A DNA stretch of 64,000 nucleotides from the human T2T-CHM13v2.0 reference genome, Homo sapiens. Location: NCBI RefSeq assembly GCF_009914755.1, contig NC_060939.1; one strand, 5' to 3'. Below the pieces are notes generated by a model. It was not told where the DNA came from, made no database searches, and worked only from the letters and a program-made list of their open reading frames with translations. The translations under genes and the position numbers were made by a program. How positions within the stretch are numbered: position 1 is the first letter of the stretch; each line of letters opens with the position of its first letter. This document shows positions 12,252-32,324 of the stretch, piece after piece.

Positions 12252-13806
12252 AAGAAATTTTATTTTTAATGGACCCTCTTAGATAGTTATTAATAATGGC
12301 AGTATCAAAATACATGCAATTATGCATATGGAAGTAGCTTTTTTCCTGCAAACTCAAGAATATTTCAAATCATCTTCTCCCTATTCTTTTGAATTACATG
12401 TGTGAGAAACAGATTATAAGTATTTCATGTCATTTTCCCAGACATCACTATAAGCATCAAGTAACTATTCACATGTGTGCCAGCGATTTATCATCATACT
12501 CATGAGGGTTTTCTATTTCTAGAAGTTGCCCATTTTTTGATCTCTTCTTTGCTTTTTCCTTCTTGTAAATGTTGGACTTCTTAATTCTTTTCTAATGCTG
12601 CAGATCCTCCTAGGGAAGGATTCTCTACAGTACTACATGTGTTAGAATGTTGGGTGAAAAATTATACATGGTTTAAATAATGAATGAGCCCCAAAAAAAG
12701 AGCTGGATGTTGCCAGGTGCTAGGAATAGACAAAATTAAAAAGGGCATTTGAATTGAGAATGAAACCTGAATGCCCCTTGCATTTCTGAGGTAGGTTTAA
12801 CATACACAGGACAGGAGCAGCCTTGTGTGACTTCTGGGACTGGAGCTGAGGTTTCTGCTTTAGTAGAGAGGTTTTTTTTTTAATAATTAGTTTCTCTTTT
12901 GATTGACACATAAAAATGACCTATATTTATTCTGTACAGCATAATGTTTTGTAACATGTCTACATAGGGGAGTGGCTCCACTGAGCTAATTAACATCTGT
13001 ATCACTCACATACTCCCCATACGGCTAGAGAGGTTCTAAGTTGGCTTCAGCCATGACGTCAGGTGAGAAACATTCCCCATGAAGAGCAGCCCTGGACATG
13101 GTAGAAAAGCAAACCCCAAGCCCCCGCTGTTCACAAAGTGGTCCTAGTGTCTCACCCACCATCTGGAGCTGCAACACTGAGCTAGGAAATCACCGCCGTG
13201 GAGTGCCACTGGCAGCGCACAGGTCCCAGCAGCCCGGAATAAGGCGCCATCCACAGATGCCTGCTCCCGGCGGACCACAGCTCCTGTGGTGAGGTCTCAT
13301 ACATAGAAACCATGTGATGAGCATGGGAAAAGCCTGTTATGGCATTCTGAAGGCCACAAAGAGGGAGGTAAACCTCTAGAGATGACAGATACTTCAAGTT
13401 ACTTTCTGATTTTTCTAAAATTATAAAATAGATCAACAAAAAGCTAGAGAAGAATGAATAATTCAAGAACAGATTTTAAGAAAGAAGAACTTTCTGATGA
13501 GTGAAAGTACCCAATATGCATTATCATAATTGTAGGCATTGAGCTCTCAATGAAAGAATGACCTCACACTTGACACTCAGAAGGGGATAAATAATGTTGG
13601 ACAGATTGCCAAAGTGCTCTAGGAAGAAAATAATCCATCTTTAATTTTACAATACCACTCTTTCTACAATGATAGCAAAAAAAAATCCAGATACAAATGG
13701 CAGGAAAGTGGAGCATACAGTTTCTTGCTGAAGCTGCTGTTGATGAATGTGCTTCACTTGCACGATCTCAGCTGTGCATAGTGTGTGGCCAGTGGGGAGC
13801 AGTGCT

Positions 13807-14172
13807 TGTGGGTGGCTGAATAATGCATCCCCCAAATGTTTACATTCAAACTCCCAGAACATGTGGATTTGTGACCTCATATGGCACGAGGAACTTTGTA
13901 GATGTGATTAAATTAATCTCGAGAGGGGAGAATATGACCCTGCCTTTTCTGGGTGGGTATGACATAATCACAAGGGTGCTTATAAGTGGAAGCAGGAGAG
14001 CCAGAGTCAGGGGAAGGGTGATGTGATGATGGACACAGAAATGAGAGGATGGCCTTTGAAGATGGAAGAAGGGGACACAGAGCAAGGAATATGGGTTCTA
14101 GAATCTGGAAAAGGCATGAAAACAGAATCTCCCTCCCAGGGTTCAGAAGGAAGCAGCTCTGCCAACACTTTG
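13807..14172 (+). mobile_element. MLT1D-like MaLR LTR
   Basis: TGTGGGTGGCTGAATAATG...GTAGATGTGATTAA...TTTGAAGATGGAAGAAGG...CTGCCAACAC. Confidence 0.75.
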
Positions 14173-14776
14173 CCTATAGACTAATAAAACCGCAGGACAA
14201 CCAAGAAACTGCTCTTTCTTACATAGAACACAGTCAGTATGCTCACATGACATGGGTGGGTTTGAGAGTTAAAGGAGACTGCAAGGCCTCTGGGTGAAAC
14301 AGGGCAGGAATCAGGTGGAGCAAGAGGGTGGGTGGGCAGGACCTGATTTTCAGGAGTGTAAATGTGAGGCACTGATGAGATTTCCAGGTGGAGACAGAGG
14401 GAGGAGTTATGTGTTCAGGTCTAGAGTGGAGCTGGTAGCTTGGTCTGAGCCTGAGAAAGGAGGGCATCCTCTAGGGATTGAGAGTAGGAAAAAGGAAGAG
14501 TGGATTAGTGCTAAGAACTAAGTGGGAGATTTCTGGAGGTTTCAGCTCACAGAGCCAGCAATGGCTTATGGTTGGGGTTTGTAACCCCAGTCACTGAAAG
14601 TGTCCTCCCAGCCTTTCTTTGCATATGCCCCTGGGGCTGAGTTCCTGCGTTGGGTGGTCACTTACCATTCCCTAAGAGGCCCTAAGCACCTCCTGCAGCC
14701 CAGCAACTCCTGGACCCTCTGGAGAGGAAGTTTGTGTTTGTGTTTGCTTACAGAGCCCGGCTGCAGAGAAAACAAG

Positions 14777-15056
14777 TTTTGTTTTTTTTTTTTCGAAAGG
14801 ATCTCACTCTGCCTGCCACCCACACTGAAGTGAGGTGGTGCCATCATAGCTCACTGCAACCTCAACCTCCTGGCCTCAAGCCACCCTCCCACCTTGGCCT
14901 CCCAAAGTGTTGCATTTACAGGTGTGTGCCAAGGTGCCCAGTCAAAAACGGGTTCTTGGCTGGGCACTGTGGCTCAAGCCTGTAATCCCAGCACCTTGGG
15001 GGTCAAGGTGGGTGGATCACTTGAGCCCAGGATTTGAGACCAGTCTGAGCAACAGA
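14777..15056. mobile_element. Two Alu monomer fragments in opposite orientations
   Basis: Minus-strand FLAM/AluJ-like piece ~14777-14943; plus-strand left-arm fragment ~14958-15056. Confidence 0.75.
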
Positions 15057-15427
15057 CTGTGACATGACCATTTAGCCTATGCAAATGTGGGGCTGGTTAA
15101 ATGGTCTATGTGGGGCTGTCGCCTTGTCTTTGCATCTGTCACTGAGGCCAGAAGTCAGCAGGGCATACATTTCGGAAGGAAAGACAGTGGGCAAGCTGAG
15201 GTGGACAGAGGCATCCACAGGGATGGGTTGGGACACATGAAGGCAGGCGAAACCATGTTGTCTCTCACACCCTTTCAAGGGTCTCAGAGACTTGATTTAG
15301 AATTTAGATTTTTGAGAACATTTGTTATAGATGCTAAAAGGCTCAAAATATTTGATCAAAACAGAATCACAGGTCATTGTAAAATGATAGTTACTAATTT
15401 AACCAAAGTGGTAATTAAAAAGACTTT

Positions 15428-18092
15428 GGAGGTGAGTCAAGATGGCTGACTAGATGCAGCCAGGAGGAACATCTGCCATGGAGGGAGTGAGACATCAGGA
15501 AGACTGGTGCTTTCCAAGCAGATCTTTAAAGGGAAGGCATTGAGAGTGGACTGAGAGATGCCGGGCTGAAGGTGGAGGAAGATGGGAACCCTGCATGGGG
15601 ATGCCGAGCACCAGGACTCATTCCTGGCTCCCAGCAACTCCTGGGGAAAGGTTGAGTTGAACAGGTGAGGAGTGGCCTGCTGTTGCCATGGGCCTCCAGA
15701 ATCCTAGCAGCAGGAGACCCCATGACCCCCATGGACACTTGTGCTGGCAGGGACAGCTGCTTAGAGGGATACCAAGGGTAGGACTCCAGTCTGTGTAAAG
15801 CCCAGAGTGTTTGACATGAGAATGGCTGTAGTGGAGCACAGCCAGGTGACACCCATCCCCCAAGGCTCACCAACCTCCTCTAGGAGATTTTAACCTTAGA
15901 GTGACTATTGGAGCTGAATATAGCAGGGTGGTCTTGTCCATGGGACAGGGCCCATCTGAAATGAGCATTTCCTTGCCTTCTGGCCTCTCCTGGGGCCCCA
16001 GGCTGGCTGTGCCTGCTTGCAGTACAGCCTTGGAAGCCCAACCAGGGTGTTTCCTGGGGGCCCTCATCATAGCTCCTTTGCCAGCAGACCATGCCTAACC
16101 ATTGGAGACCTCCAGCAAGCCAGCCTCTGCTGATGTGCACCAGTCCACCCATAGCACCTCCCAACTGCTTTGCTGGCATGAGTGCACAGCGGATCACAAC
16201 TCCCTCTACCACCAGCAAGCATGTGCATGTGCACCCCGCCACCCTGTCCCTGCCAACACACAGGCACCTCACTGTCCTGTGACTGCCAGCAGGAACCTAT
16301 GTAGGGATGCTGCCACCCTGCTCCTGCCAGTACCCCCACCCCAGCAGAGGCATGTGCACCCTGCCATGACACCACAACTGCTGGCACCTATGAGTGAGAA
16401 TGGATCCCACTGCCACCACTCTAATGAAGTGCTTTGGCCGGCACCACCTCCTATAGTGTTGTGGCCAGTGGACTGGGAAAAACTCAGCCCCTCCAATGCA
16501 GCAAGTTTCTAAACTCAAGGGGCCAGAGAATAAAGCCAGGGGCCCAGTCCCAGAGCAGAGAACACACCACAAGAGTGCTGAGGTCAGCCTGGACCCCCTA
16601 AGATTTTCAAGAAACACAGCTAACTGAACCCACTTTATACCACAATCAAACCTGCAAGAGTATCAAAGAAGATAAGAGCAAAAAACAAACAAATGAACAA
16701 ACAAACAAAAACACACACCAAAAAACAACAAAAAAGAAAAAAACATCCAAAGGACAGCCACTTCAAAGATTAAAGAAACAGCCCACAAAGATGAGAAAGA
16801 ATTAATGCAAGAAACTCTGCAACTCTAAAATCCAGAGTGTCTTCTTACCTCCAAACGACCACACTGGTTTCCCAGCAATGGTTCTTAACCTGACTGAAAT
16901 GGCTGAAATGACAGACATAGAATTCAGAATATGGATAGGAAAGAAGATAACTGAGATTCAGGAGAATGTTGAAACCCAATCCAAGGGAGCTAAGAAATAA
17001 AGTAAAATGATACAGAAGCTGAAAGATGAAGTGGCCATTTTAAGAAAGAATCAAAATGATTTGATAGAGCTAAAAAACTCACTTCAAGAATTTCAGAATA
17101 CAACTACAAGTATTAACCGCAGAATAGACCAAGCTGAGGAAAGAATCACAGAGCTTAAAAACTGATTCTCTGAATTAACTCAGTCAGACAAAAATAAAGG
17201 AAAAGAGAACAAAAAAGAAGGCATAAAACCTCAGAGAAATGGGTGATTATGTAAAAAGATCAGACCTATGACACATTGGTATCCCTTAAAAAGAGAAAGA
17301 GAAACAAAGCAACTTGAAAAACATTTCAGGCTATCCTCCATGAAAATTTCTCCAACCTCACCAGAGAGGCCAACATTCAAATTCAAGAAATGCAAAGAAC
17401 CTCTGCAAGATATTATACATGACAACCATCCCTAAGACATATAGCCATCAGACTCTTAAAGGTTGAAAGGAAAAAAAAAATGTTAGAGGCAGCTAGAAAG
17501 AAGGTTCAGGTCGCATACAAAGGGAACCCAATGAGGCTAACAGTGGATGTTTCACCAGAAACTGTACAATCCAGAAGAGATTAGGGGCCTATATTCAGCA
17601 TTCTTAAAGAAAAGAAATTCCAAGCAAGAATTTCATATCTAGCCAAACTAAGCTTCACAAGTGAAGGAGAAATAAGATCCTTTTCAGACAAGCAAATGCT
17701 AAGGGTATTCATCACCACTATATTTCCCTTACAAGAGGTCCTTAAGGGATTGCTAAATATGATAATGGAAGAATGTTACTGACCACCACAAAAACACACT
17801 TAAGTACATAACGATTGCCACTATAAATCAACTATACAATCAAATCTGCATATTGAGCAGCTAACAACATGATAACAGGATGAAATATGCACATATCAAT
17901 ATTAATCTTGAATGTAAATGGACTAAATGCCCCAATTAAAGGGCACAGAATTGCCAAGTTGGATAAAGAAGCAAGACCCAAATGTATGCTGTCTTCAAGA
18001 GACCCATCTCACATGCAGTGACATCCACAGGCTCAAAGTAAAAGGATGGAGAAAAATCAACAAAGCAAATGGAAAACAGGAAAAAGCAGGTG
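15428..18092 (+). mobile_element. Old primate L1 (L1PREC2/L1PB-like): 5'UTR, decayed ORF1 and start of ORF2
   Basis: CAAGATGGCTGACTAGATGCAGCCAGG 5' start, ORF1-like A-rich segment, endonuclease peptide WIKKQDPNVCCLQETHL. Confidence 0.88.
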
Positions 18093-24250
<6,158 letters not shown>

Positions 24251-24338
24251 ATAGATTCTTGATATTAGACCTTTGTCACATGCTGATGTGGTTTTGCTCT
24301 GTGTCATTAAACAAATCTCATCTCAAATAGTAATCCTC

Positions 24339-24661
<323 letters not shown>

Positions 24662-25230
24662 TCAAGGGATGGACCTGGTGGGAGGTGACTTGGTCATGGG
24701 GGTGATTTCCCCCATGCTGTCCTCATGGTCTCCTGATAGTGAGTGAGTGCTCATGTGATCTGATGGTTTTATCAATGTATGGTGGTTCCTCCTTCATTCC
24801 CTCTCTCTCTCTTTCTCTCTCTCTCTCTGTCTCTCACCTGCTGCCATGTGTCACATGCCTGCTTCCACTTCCACCATGATTGCAAGTTTCCTGAGCCCCC
24901 AACCCTAACCACACAGAACTGTGAGTCAATTAAACCTCTTTTCTTTACAAATTACCCACTTTTGGGCAGTTCTTTATAGCACTGTGAAAACAGACTAATA
25001 TAGTAAATTGGTACCAGGAGTGGGGAACTGTTATAAAGATAACTGAAAATCTGGAAGCAACTTTGGAACTGGGTACCTCCTGACAGAGGTTGGAACAGTT
25101 TGGAGAACTTGAAAGAAGAGGGGAAGATGTGGGAAAGTTTGGAACTTCCTAGAGACTTATTGAGTGGTTTTGACTAAAATGCTGATAGTGACATGAACAG
25201 CGAAGTCCAAGCTGAGCTGGTCTTAGATGG

Positions 25231-25744
25231 TGAGGACTAAACTCTGATTTTTTTTTTATCTTGCCCAAATTCCTATCTAAAGAGTCTGGGGAGGCATGCT
25301 CTACAAATCATAAATTCTCATCAGATAGGTTTTATTTAAACCTATATATCATGATTTACTTTCCAAACTGACTCTGGCATAACATTATGAGACAAATAAG
25401 AAAATCAAAATATTTTACCCCAAAACATGTTTCTTTGCCATACTCTGAGATGGCCCTGCAGGCCGGGCATGGTGGCTCATGCCTGTAATCCCAGCACTTT
25501 GAGAGGCTGAGGTGGGCGGATCACCTGAGGTTGGGAGTTCGAGACCAGCCTCACCAACATGGAGAAACCCTGTGTCTACTAAAAATACAGAATTAGCCGG
25601 GTGTGGTGGTGCATGCCTGTAATCGTAGCTACTCAGGAGACTGAGGCAGGAGAATTGCTTGAACCCAGGCAGTGGAGGTTGTGGTGAGACAAGATCGTGC
25701 CATTGTACTCCAGCCTGGGCAACAAGAGCAAAACTCCGTCTAAA

Positions 25745-25816
<72 letters not shown>

Positions 25817-26261
25817 AGAAGGAAGGAAGGAAGGAAGGAAGGAAGGAAGGAAGGAAGGAAGGAAGGAAAGGGCCCTGCAAAGCTGTTCTTTGTGGGGGAA
25901 AATTTGCATCTGTAAAGAATCTCTATTAACATGGCTAGATCTTTTTCTTCTAGAACCTCCCAATCCTAAAGAGTTGAACTAAGATCTGAATAGGAAACAT
26001 TTGTCACCTATTATCTCTAAGGGCAGCCACTATAAGACTTCAAAAGAACTTTGGACTCTAGAATCTTTATCTTAACCTGAACATTACCTTTCTATCTATC
26101 CCAGGTCTTTAGACAAACTCAACCAATTGTCAACCAGAAAATGTTTAAATTCACCAATAGCCTGGAAGCCCTCGCTTTGAGTTGTTCCACCTTTCTGGAC
26201 CAAACCAATGTATCTCTTAAATGTATTTGATTGATGTCTCATGCCTGTATAAAACCAAGCT
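25231..26261 (+). mobile_element. MER4-group LTR (3'-truncated) nested in THE1-int
   Basis: TGAGGACTAAACTCTGATTTTTT...CTTGCCCAAATTCCTATCTAA start. Confidence 0.75.
25461..25868 (+). mobile_element. AluSp-like with (GAAA)n(GGAA)n tail
   Basis: ACCAACATGGAGAAACCC diagnostic; TSD GGCCCTGCA; compound microsatellite 25742-25868. Confidence 0.92.
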
Positions 26262-27552
26262 TGATGGAATTTTTCCCTGCCCTAGAAATCTGTGGAACTT
26301 TGCCCTTGAGAGAGATGATCTGAAATAGGAACTTATGTTTAAAAGGGAAACAGAGCATAAAAGTTTGGAAAGTTTGCAGCCTGGCCATGTGGTAGTAAAG
26401 AAAAACACATTTGCTAGGGAGAAATTCAAGTTGGCTGCAGAAATTTGCATAAATAATGAAGAGATGAATATTAATAACCAAGACAATGGGGAAAATGTTT
26501 CCAGGCCATGTCAGAGATCTTTGCAGCAGCCCTTCCAATCACAGGCCTGGAGGCCTATCAGGGAAAAATGGTTTCATGGGCTGGGTCCAGGGCCCAGCTG
26601 CTCTTTGGAGCCTTGGGACTTGGTGCCCTGTGTCCCAGCTGCTCCAGGTCTAGCTGTGGCTAAAAAAGTCCAATGTACAGCTCAGGCCATTGCTTCAGAA
26701 AGCCCCAATCATTGGTGGCTTCTACATGATGTTGGGCCTATGGGTGTGCAGAAGAGAAGAGTTCAGCTTTGTGATCCTCTGCCTAGATCTCAGAGGATTT
26801 ATAGAAATGACTGGATGTCCAGCCAGAAGTCTGTGCCAGGGGCAAAGCCCTCATGGAGAGCCTCTGCTAGGGCAGTGCAGAAGGGAAATGTGGGGTTGGA
26901 ACCCCCACACAGAGTCCCCACCGGAGACAGTGACTAATGGGGCTGTGAGAAGAGGGCCACCATCCTTCAGACCCCAGAATGGTAGATCTATTAACAGCTT
27001 GCACTGTGCACCTGGAAAAGCTGCAGGCACTCAATGAGAGCAGCCAGGAGGGCTGAACTCTGCAAAGCCCATGAGAGCAGCCATGGGATCAGAGCTGCAA
27101 AGCCACAGGGTGAGAGCTTCCCAAGGTTGTGGGAGCCCCCACTTTGCATAAGCATGCCCTGAATGTGAGGAATGGAGTCAAAGGAGATTATTTTGAAGCT
27201 TTAAGATTTCATGACTGCCCCACTGGAGTTTGGGCTTGCATGTGACCTGTAGCCCCTTTATTCTGGCCCATTTCTCCCAACTGAAATGGGAGCATGTATC
27301 TAATGCCTGTACCCCCATTTTGTCTTGGAAGTAACTGACTTGTTTTTCATTTTACAGGTTCATAGATGAAAGGGACTTGCCTTGTCTCCAATGTGACTTT
27401 GGATTTGGACTTTTGAGTTAATGCTGAAATGAGTTAAGATGTTGGGGGACTGTTGGGAAGGCACGATTGGTTTTGAAATGCAAAGAGGACATGAGATTTG
27501 GGAGGGGTTGGGGTGGCGTGATCTGGTTTGGCTGTGGGTCTCTACCCAAATG

Positions 27553-28931
27553 ACACCATTCCTCAGGGTGATCAGCGAGCTACCTGATGGCAGGTTGGAT
27601 TATATTGGACCTCTTCCATCCTGGAAAGGGCAGAGGTTTGTCCTCACTGAAATAGACACTTACTGCAGATATGCATGCAATGCTTCTGCCAAGACTACCA
27701 TCTGTGGAGTCATGGAATGCCTTATCCACTGTCACAGTATTCCATATAGCATTGCCTCTGACCAAGGCACTCCCTTTACGGCTAAAGAAGTGTGGCAGTG
27801 GGCTCATGCTCATGGGATTCACTTGTCTTACCATGTTCCCCATCATCCTGAAGCAGCTGGATTGATAGAAGAATGGAATGGCCTTTCAAAATCACAATTA
27901 CAATGCCAACTAGGCTCCAATACTTTGCAGAGCTGGGGCAAAGCTATCCAAAAGGCCATGTATGCTCCAAATTAGCATCCAACATATGGTACTGTTTCTC
28001 CCATAGCCATAATTCATGGATCCAGGAATCAAGGGGTGGGAGTGGAAATGGCACCATTCACCATCACCCCTAGTGATCCCCTAGCAAAATTTTTGCTTCC
28101 TGGTCCCATGACATTACATTCTGTTGGCCTAGAGGTCTTAATTCCAGTGGGAATAATGCTGCCATCAGGAGAAACAACAACAATTCCATTAAACTGGAAG
28201 TTAAGATTTCCACCTGGCCACTTTGGGCCGCTCCTACCTTCAAGTCCACAGGCTAAGAAGGGAGTTACAGTGTTGACTGGGCTGATTGACCTGAACTATC
28301 AAGATGCAATCAGTCTATTACTCCACAATGGAGGTAAGGAAGAATATGTATGGAATACAGGAGATCCATTAGGGCATCTCTTAACATTACCCTGCCCTGT
28401 CATTAAGGTCAACGGGAAACTACAACAGCCCAATCCAGGCAGGACTACAAATGGCCCAGACCCTTCAGGAATGAAGGTTTGCATCACTCCACTAGGAGAA
28501 AAAACTCTACCTGCTGTGATGCTTGCTGAAGGCAAAGGGAATACAGAATGGGTAGTAGAAGAAGTAGTCATCAATACCAGCTACAACCACGTGATCTGTT
28601 GCAGAAATGAGGACTGTAATTGTCATCAGTATTTCCTTCTTCTTTTGTTAAAAACATTTTTGTGCATGTACACACTTGTACTAAGAAAATTCCTTCATTT
28701 TATTTCTTTTTTCCTTTATCATGTGACATAAAATTTATTGACTTCATGTCAGCATTTAAGTGTTCTTAACTTTACATAATAGCACTTGGGTTGGGGATTG
28801 GTGCATTTCTGGTTGTACAAAAGATAGTTGTATTACATTAGGTGTAATTATGACCTTATTATTGTCTTTATTTGAAGATTATGTATGATCTCAGGAGATT
28901 CGTATGGGTTCAAGTTGACAAGGGTTGGACT
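27553..28931 (+). mobile_element. HERV-L internal 3' fragment: integrase core and dUTPase-like region
   Basis: ORF 27439-27975 has DYIGPL, SDQG and LIEEWNG (D,D35E); ORF 28036-28731 has dUTPase-like IPLNWKLRFPPGHFG...GLIDLNYQ; PPT-like AAGGGTTGGACT. Confidence 0.92.
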
Positions 28932-29413
28932 TGTGATGGTTAATACTGAGTGTCAACTTGATTGGATTGAAGCATGCAAAGTATTGATCCTGGGTGTGTC
29001 TGTGAGGGTGTTGCCAAAGGAGATTAACATTTGAGCCAGTGAGCTGGGAAAGGCAGACCTACCCTTAATCTTGGTGGGCACCATCTAATCAGCTGCCAGT
29101 GTGGCCAGGGTATAAAGCAGGCAGAAAACATGAAAAGACTAGACTGGCTTAGCCTCCCAGCCTACATCTTTCTCCTGTGCTGGATGCTTCCTGCCCTCGA
29201 ACATCAGACTTCAAATTCTTCAGCTTTGGGATTCGGACTGGCTTCCTTGCTCCTCAGCTTGCAGGTGGCCTACTGTGGGACCTTGCAGTTGTGTGAGTTT
29301 AATACTCCTCAATAAACTCCTACATATATATAATATATAATACATATTATATATTATATATATACATACTAGGGTTCTCTAGAGGGACAGCACTAGATAT
29401 ATATATATATATA
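28932..29413 (+). mobile_element. MLT2A LTR (HERV-L 3' LTR) with an inverted terminal piece
   Basis: TGTGATGGTTAATACTGAGTGTCAACTTGATTGGATTGAA start, AATAAA, (TA)n. Confidence 0.9.
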
Positions 29414-32112
29414 GTTTCCATAGTCTGTGGTGTAAACTATGTGAAATGGACTTTACAACCTCCTGAAGGGTAACACCCAGACTGTCACCTGAACTCCCTG
29501 AAATCCTGTGCCCTGGGGATTGGAGAAACCTTAAAACCAAAGCCAGTGTTAAGTTAGCTCAGTCTTTGATTAAACATGGCAATCTCCCTATACTTGGCTT
29601 CCAGGGGTGGGTGAGGGAGAATTCCTGCCTGGAACAAGGTCGCATTACAAAGAATCTTCACAATGCTCATGAGACATCTTGGACCTTCCATCAGAAGCAT
29701 TCAGGATGGCAGGAGACTGGCCATGATGAGCAAACATGGGGAGAGGAGGAAGGAAACAGAGAATGGAAGGAGGTGACAGCTGACAAGGCCTTGTGTTCCC
29801 AGATGCTGAGTGTGAAATGAAGCGTTTATGATGAAGGAAACAGAACAGATGTACGGTACAATATTAAATATAAAACAGTAAATTACAGCAGGTGGCTTCA
29901 CAGCAGCTTAGACACAGCAGAAGAGAAGAGGATGGAATTGGAAGATCGATGCTCAGGACGGATGCAGAGTGAAGCCGAGGACCCGGCAAAGAGGATTTGG
30001 GAGTTGCAGGCTCTGGCAGAGGACCCACCCCAGAAAGAGAGAAGGAGGGGGTGGGAGGAAGAAGGAATGTTTGAAAGTGCTCCATAGAGAACCAGGACAG
30101 CCCCTTGGGCCAAGCAACCCACGACCCTTGCAGCTTCAGAAGTCCAGACTCCAGCCTGGCCTCACATGCTGGTTGGTCTTATCCCTGCCAGGCCAGAACC
30201 CTCTTCAGAACCCAGAGCCCCACAGCTCTCCCTCACCCTATTCCCAGGACATGTCTCCTGTGTACTCTTCCCTGGCCCACAGGTGGGAGTTTACACCTGC
30301 TTGGGTAGCCTCGGCATCCACACCAACAACCCGGTAGCAGTTGTCCTGCTCCCTCCACCTGGCACAGCTCGAATCTCCCACAGTGCAGGCCCCGTGTATA
30401 GGAGTGATTAGGACACACAGGAGGGCAGGTCAGGACAACAGGTGCTGAGGCAGGCAGATTTCGAGGATTTAAGTGCTGATGCTCTTGGAAGACCATTTCC
30501 ATGGGGTTAATTGTGGTTTTTCTTGGTGAACTGTTGGCTTGTTTTTGATATTGTTGTTGCTCTAAATAGTGTTTACCTGGCTTCAATACAAACTCTATTG
30601 GTCATGTTCTTTGTTAAAATATGTATCATTCTAAAAGTTCACATGGCATTAGATTTTTTGCTCAAACTACCTATAATATTTCTCCAACAGAGTGCACATT
30701 TGCCTTCCTTCTGCACATACCACCGCCCCCTGCGCTGAGCAGTGTCCCAGTGGGTCCATCTGTTTAGGGGGTGAGGAAGGGGACACAGGCCCTGACACAA
30801 TGTGGGGCTGTGCCAAGCTTGGTGGTCTTGCACGGGCACTGAGTGGGTGGGCCCTGGAGAGAGGGGAGGTCATTCCCCCAGGGAACCCCCCAGGCCACAG
30901 GGAAGAGGTCAGCTGGGTGCATGAGGTGGAGGGTGGAGATGCATAAAGGGTGGGACGGGGCCTGCTGTTCTATCAGCAAAACCCCTCACACCTGAAGGAC
31001 ACACAGGGCGAGGGCATTGTATTCACTGACCTCACACTTCACTGTCCATTAACGTTCACCCACAAAATAATAGAACACCCTGAGAGAGGCACAGGAATGC
31101 ATTACTCGCATTTTTATGACAGCTGAATGGAGGAAATTTCTAAGCAGGTTCAGAGAAAGGATATCAAGCTGTGTTTGGAGAAAGGGGTGGGAATTCTAAA
31201 CAATATCTGTGGAAGCAGGACATCTAGAACCACAGATGTATTCAGAAAAATGCTAGATCTCAGTACTACTCTAGAATACCAGCAGTTTTCTGTTGATGGT
31301 ATGGGAAGGGTGATATCTTCCGTTGGTGGGCTTTGCCTTTGACATTCTCTGTGACATATCTACACTGCATTTTAAACGTCAATATTATTGTGAATTGTAA
31401 GTTAAAATAAAATGTTATCTCATTCAGTTATTTATACATTTAACTTCCATTTTCCTTTACAACAACTTAGCGACACACCTAGCCCTGTTTTCCACCCAGA
31501 CCAGCCTGTGCTGCTACAAGCCTGGTTTCTCTTCCTCATCATGACTTACTCAGCTTCCCTTCCTGTTTCAGTTCAAGAAAATGTGGGGGCAAGAAGAAAG
31601 GGGGCAGCTGCCACTCACAGAGCTCACACTAAATGACAGACAGCTTGCCCTCACGTCTACCTATTTTTCTAGTTGAATTTCATTGCTTGCAGCAATCAAC
31701 CTGAGGGATTCATTTTCCCACATACGGGAAGCTCGGCCCCAGGTAGGGGGATTTGCTTGGTGGGGGATTTGAACCCAAGTCCCTCTCACTGCAAAGCCCA
31801 CAGCACCCCTGTAAGGAACAGACAGGGAACAGGGAGTAGCCCTGGATCACCCTAAACTGACTTCGGGTTTAGAGAAGGACTGATTACCTGGGGAATGAGG
31901 AAGCTTATTGCTCTGGAGCTCTCTTCTGGAGAAATGTCATGAACGTGCCCTGTAAGGAGCTGGTGGCAACTTCCGTTAATTCCGGGACCAGCGACCTCAG
32001 GTCAAGAGCCAGATGCTCATTCATGTCTCTCCAGGCCAGAGGTTCTGGCCAAGTTTGGGCTCCCAGAGGAGTCTAAGAAAATGTGGAAGGCACCAATGTG
32101 TGTTTTTGAAGA

Positions 32113-32118
32113 TTTATT
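32113..32118 (-). terminator. Candidate poly(A) signal of the ADAM6-like gene
   Basis: AATAAA on the minus strand ~210 nt downstream of the ancestral stop. Confidence 0.55.
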
Positions 32119-32324
32119 TCAGAGTGAACATCAGCGACCTACAAGAACCTGGGATAGAAGCCAATGCCTCCCCTTTCCCTGTGACGTGAGACAGGACCAT
32201 GTGCCTCCTGTGGACTTCAAGAAATGTGGACTTGAGCTTTGCCATCCCTTCGCCTGATCCTATTTCATAGATTTTGCTGTTATATTCTCTGTATCTTTAC
32301 AGGGATCGGGAGGCTGAATTAGTC

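Noticed and set aside
25415-27037. ORFs over the Alu/(GAAA)n tract and THE1-int (e.g. 26335-26937)
   Set aside because: Translations of repeats and low-complexity DNA.
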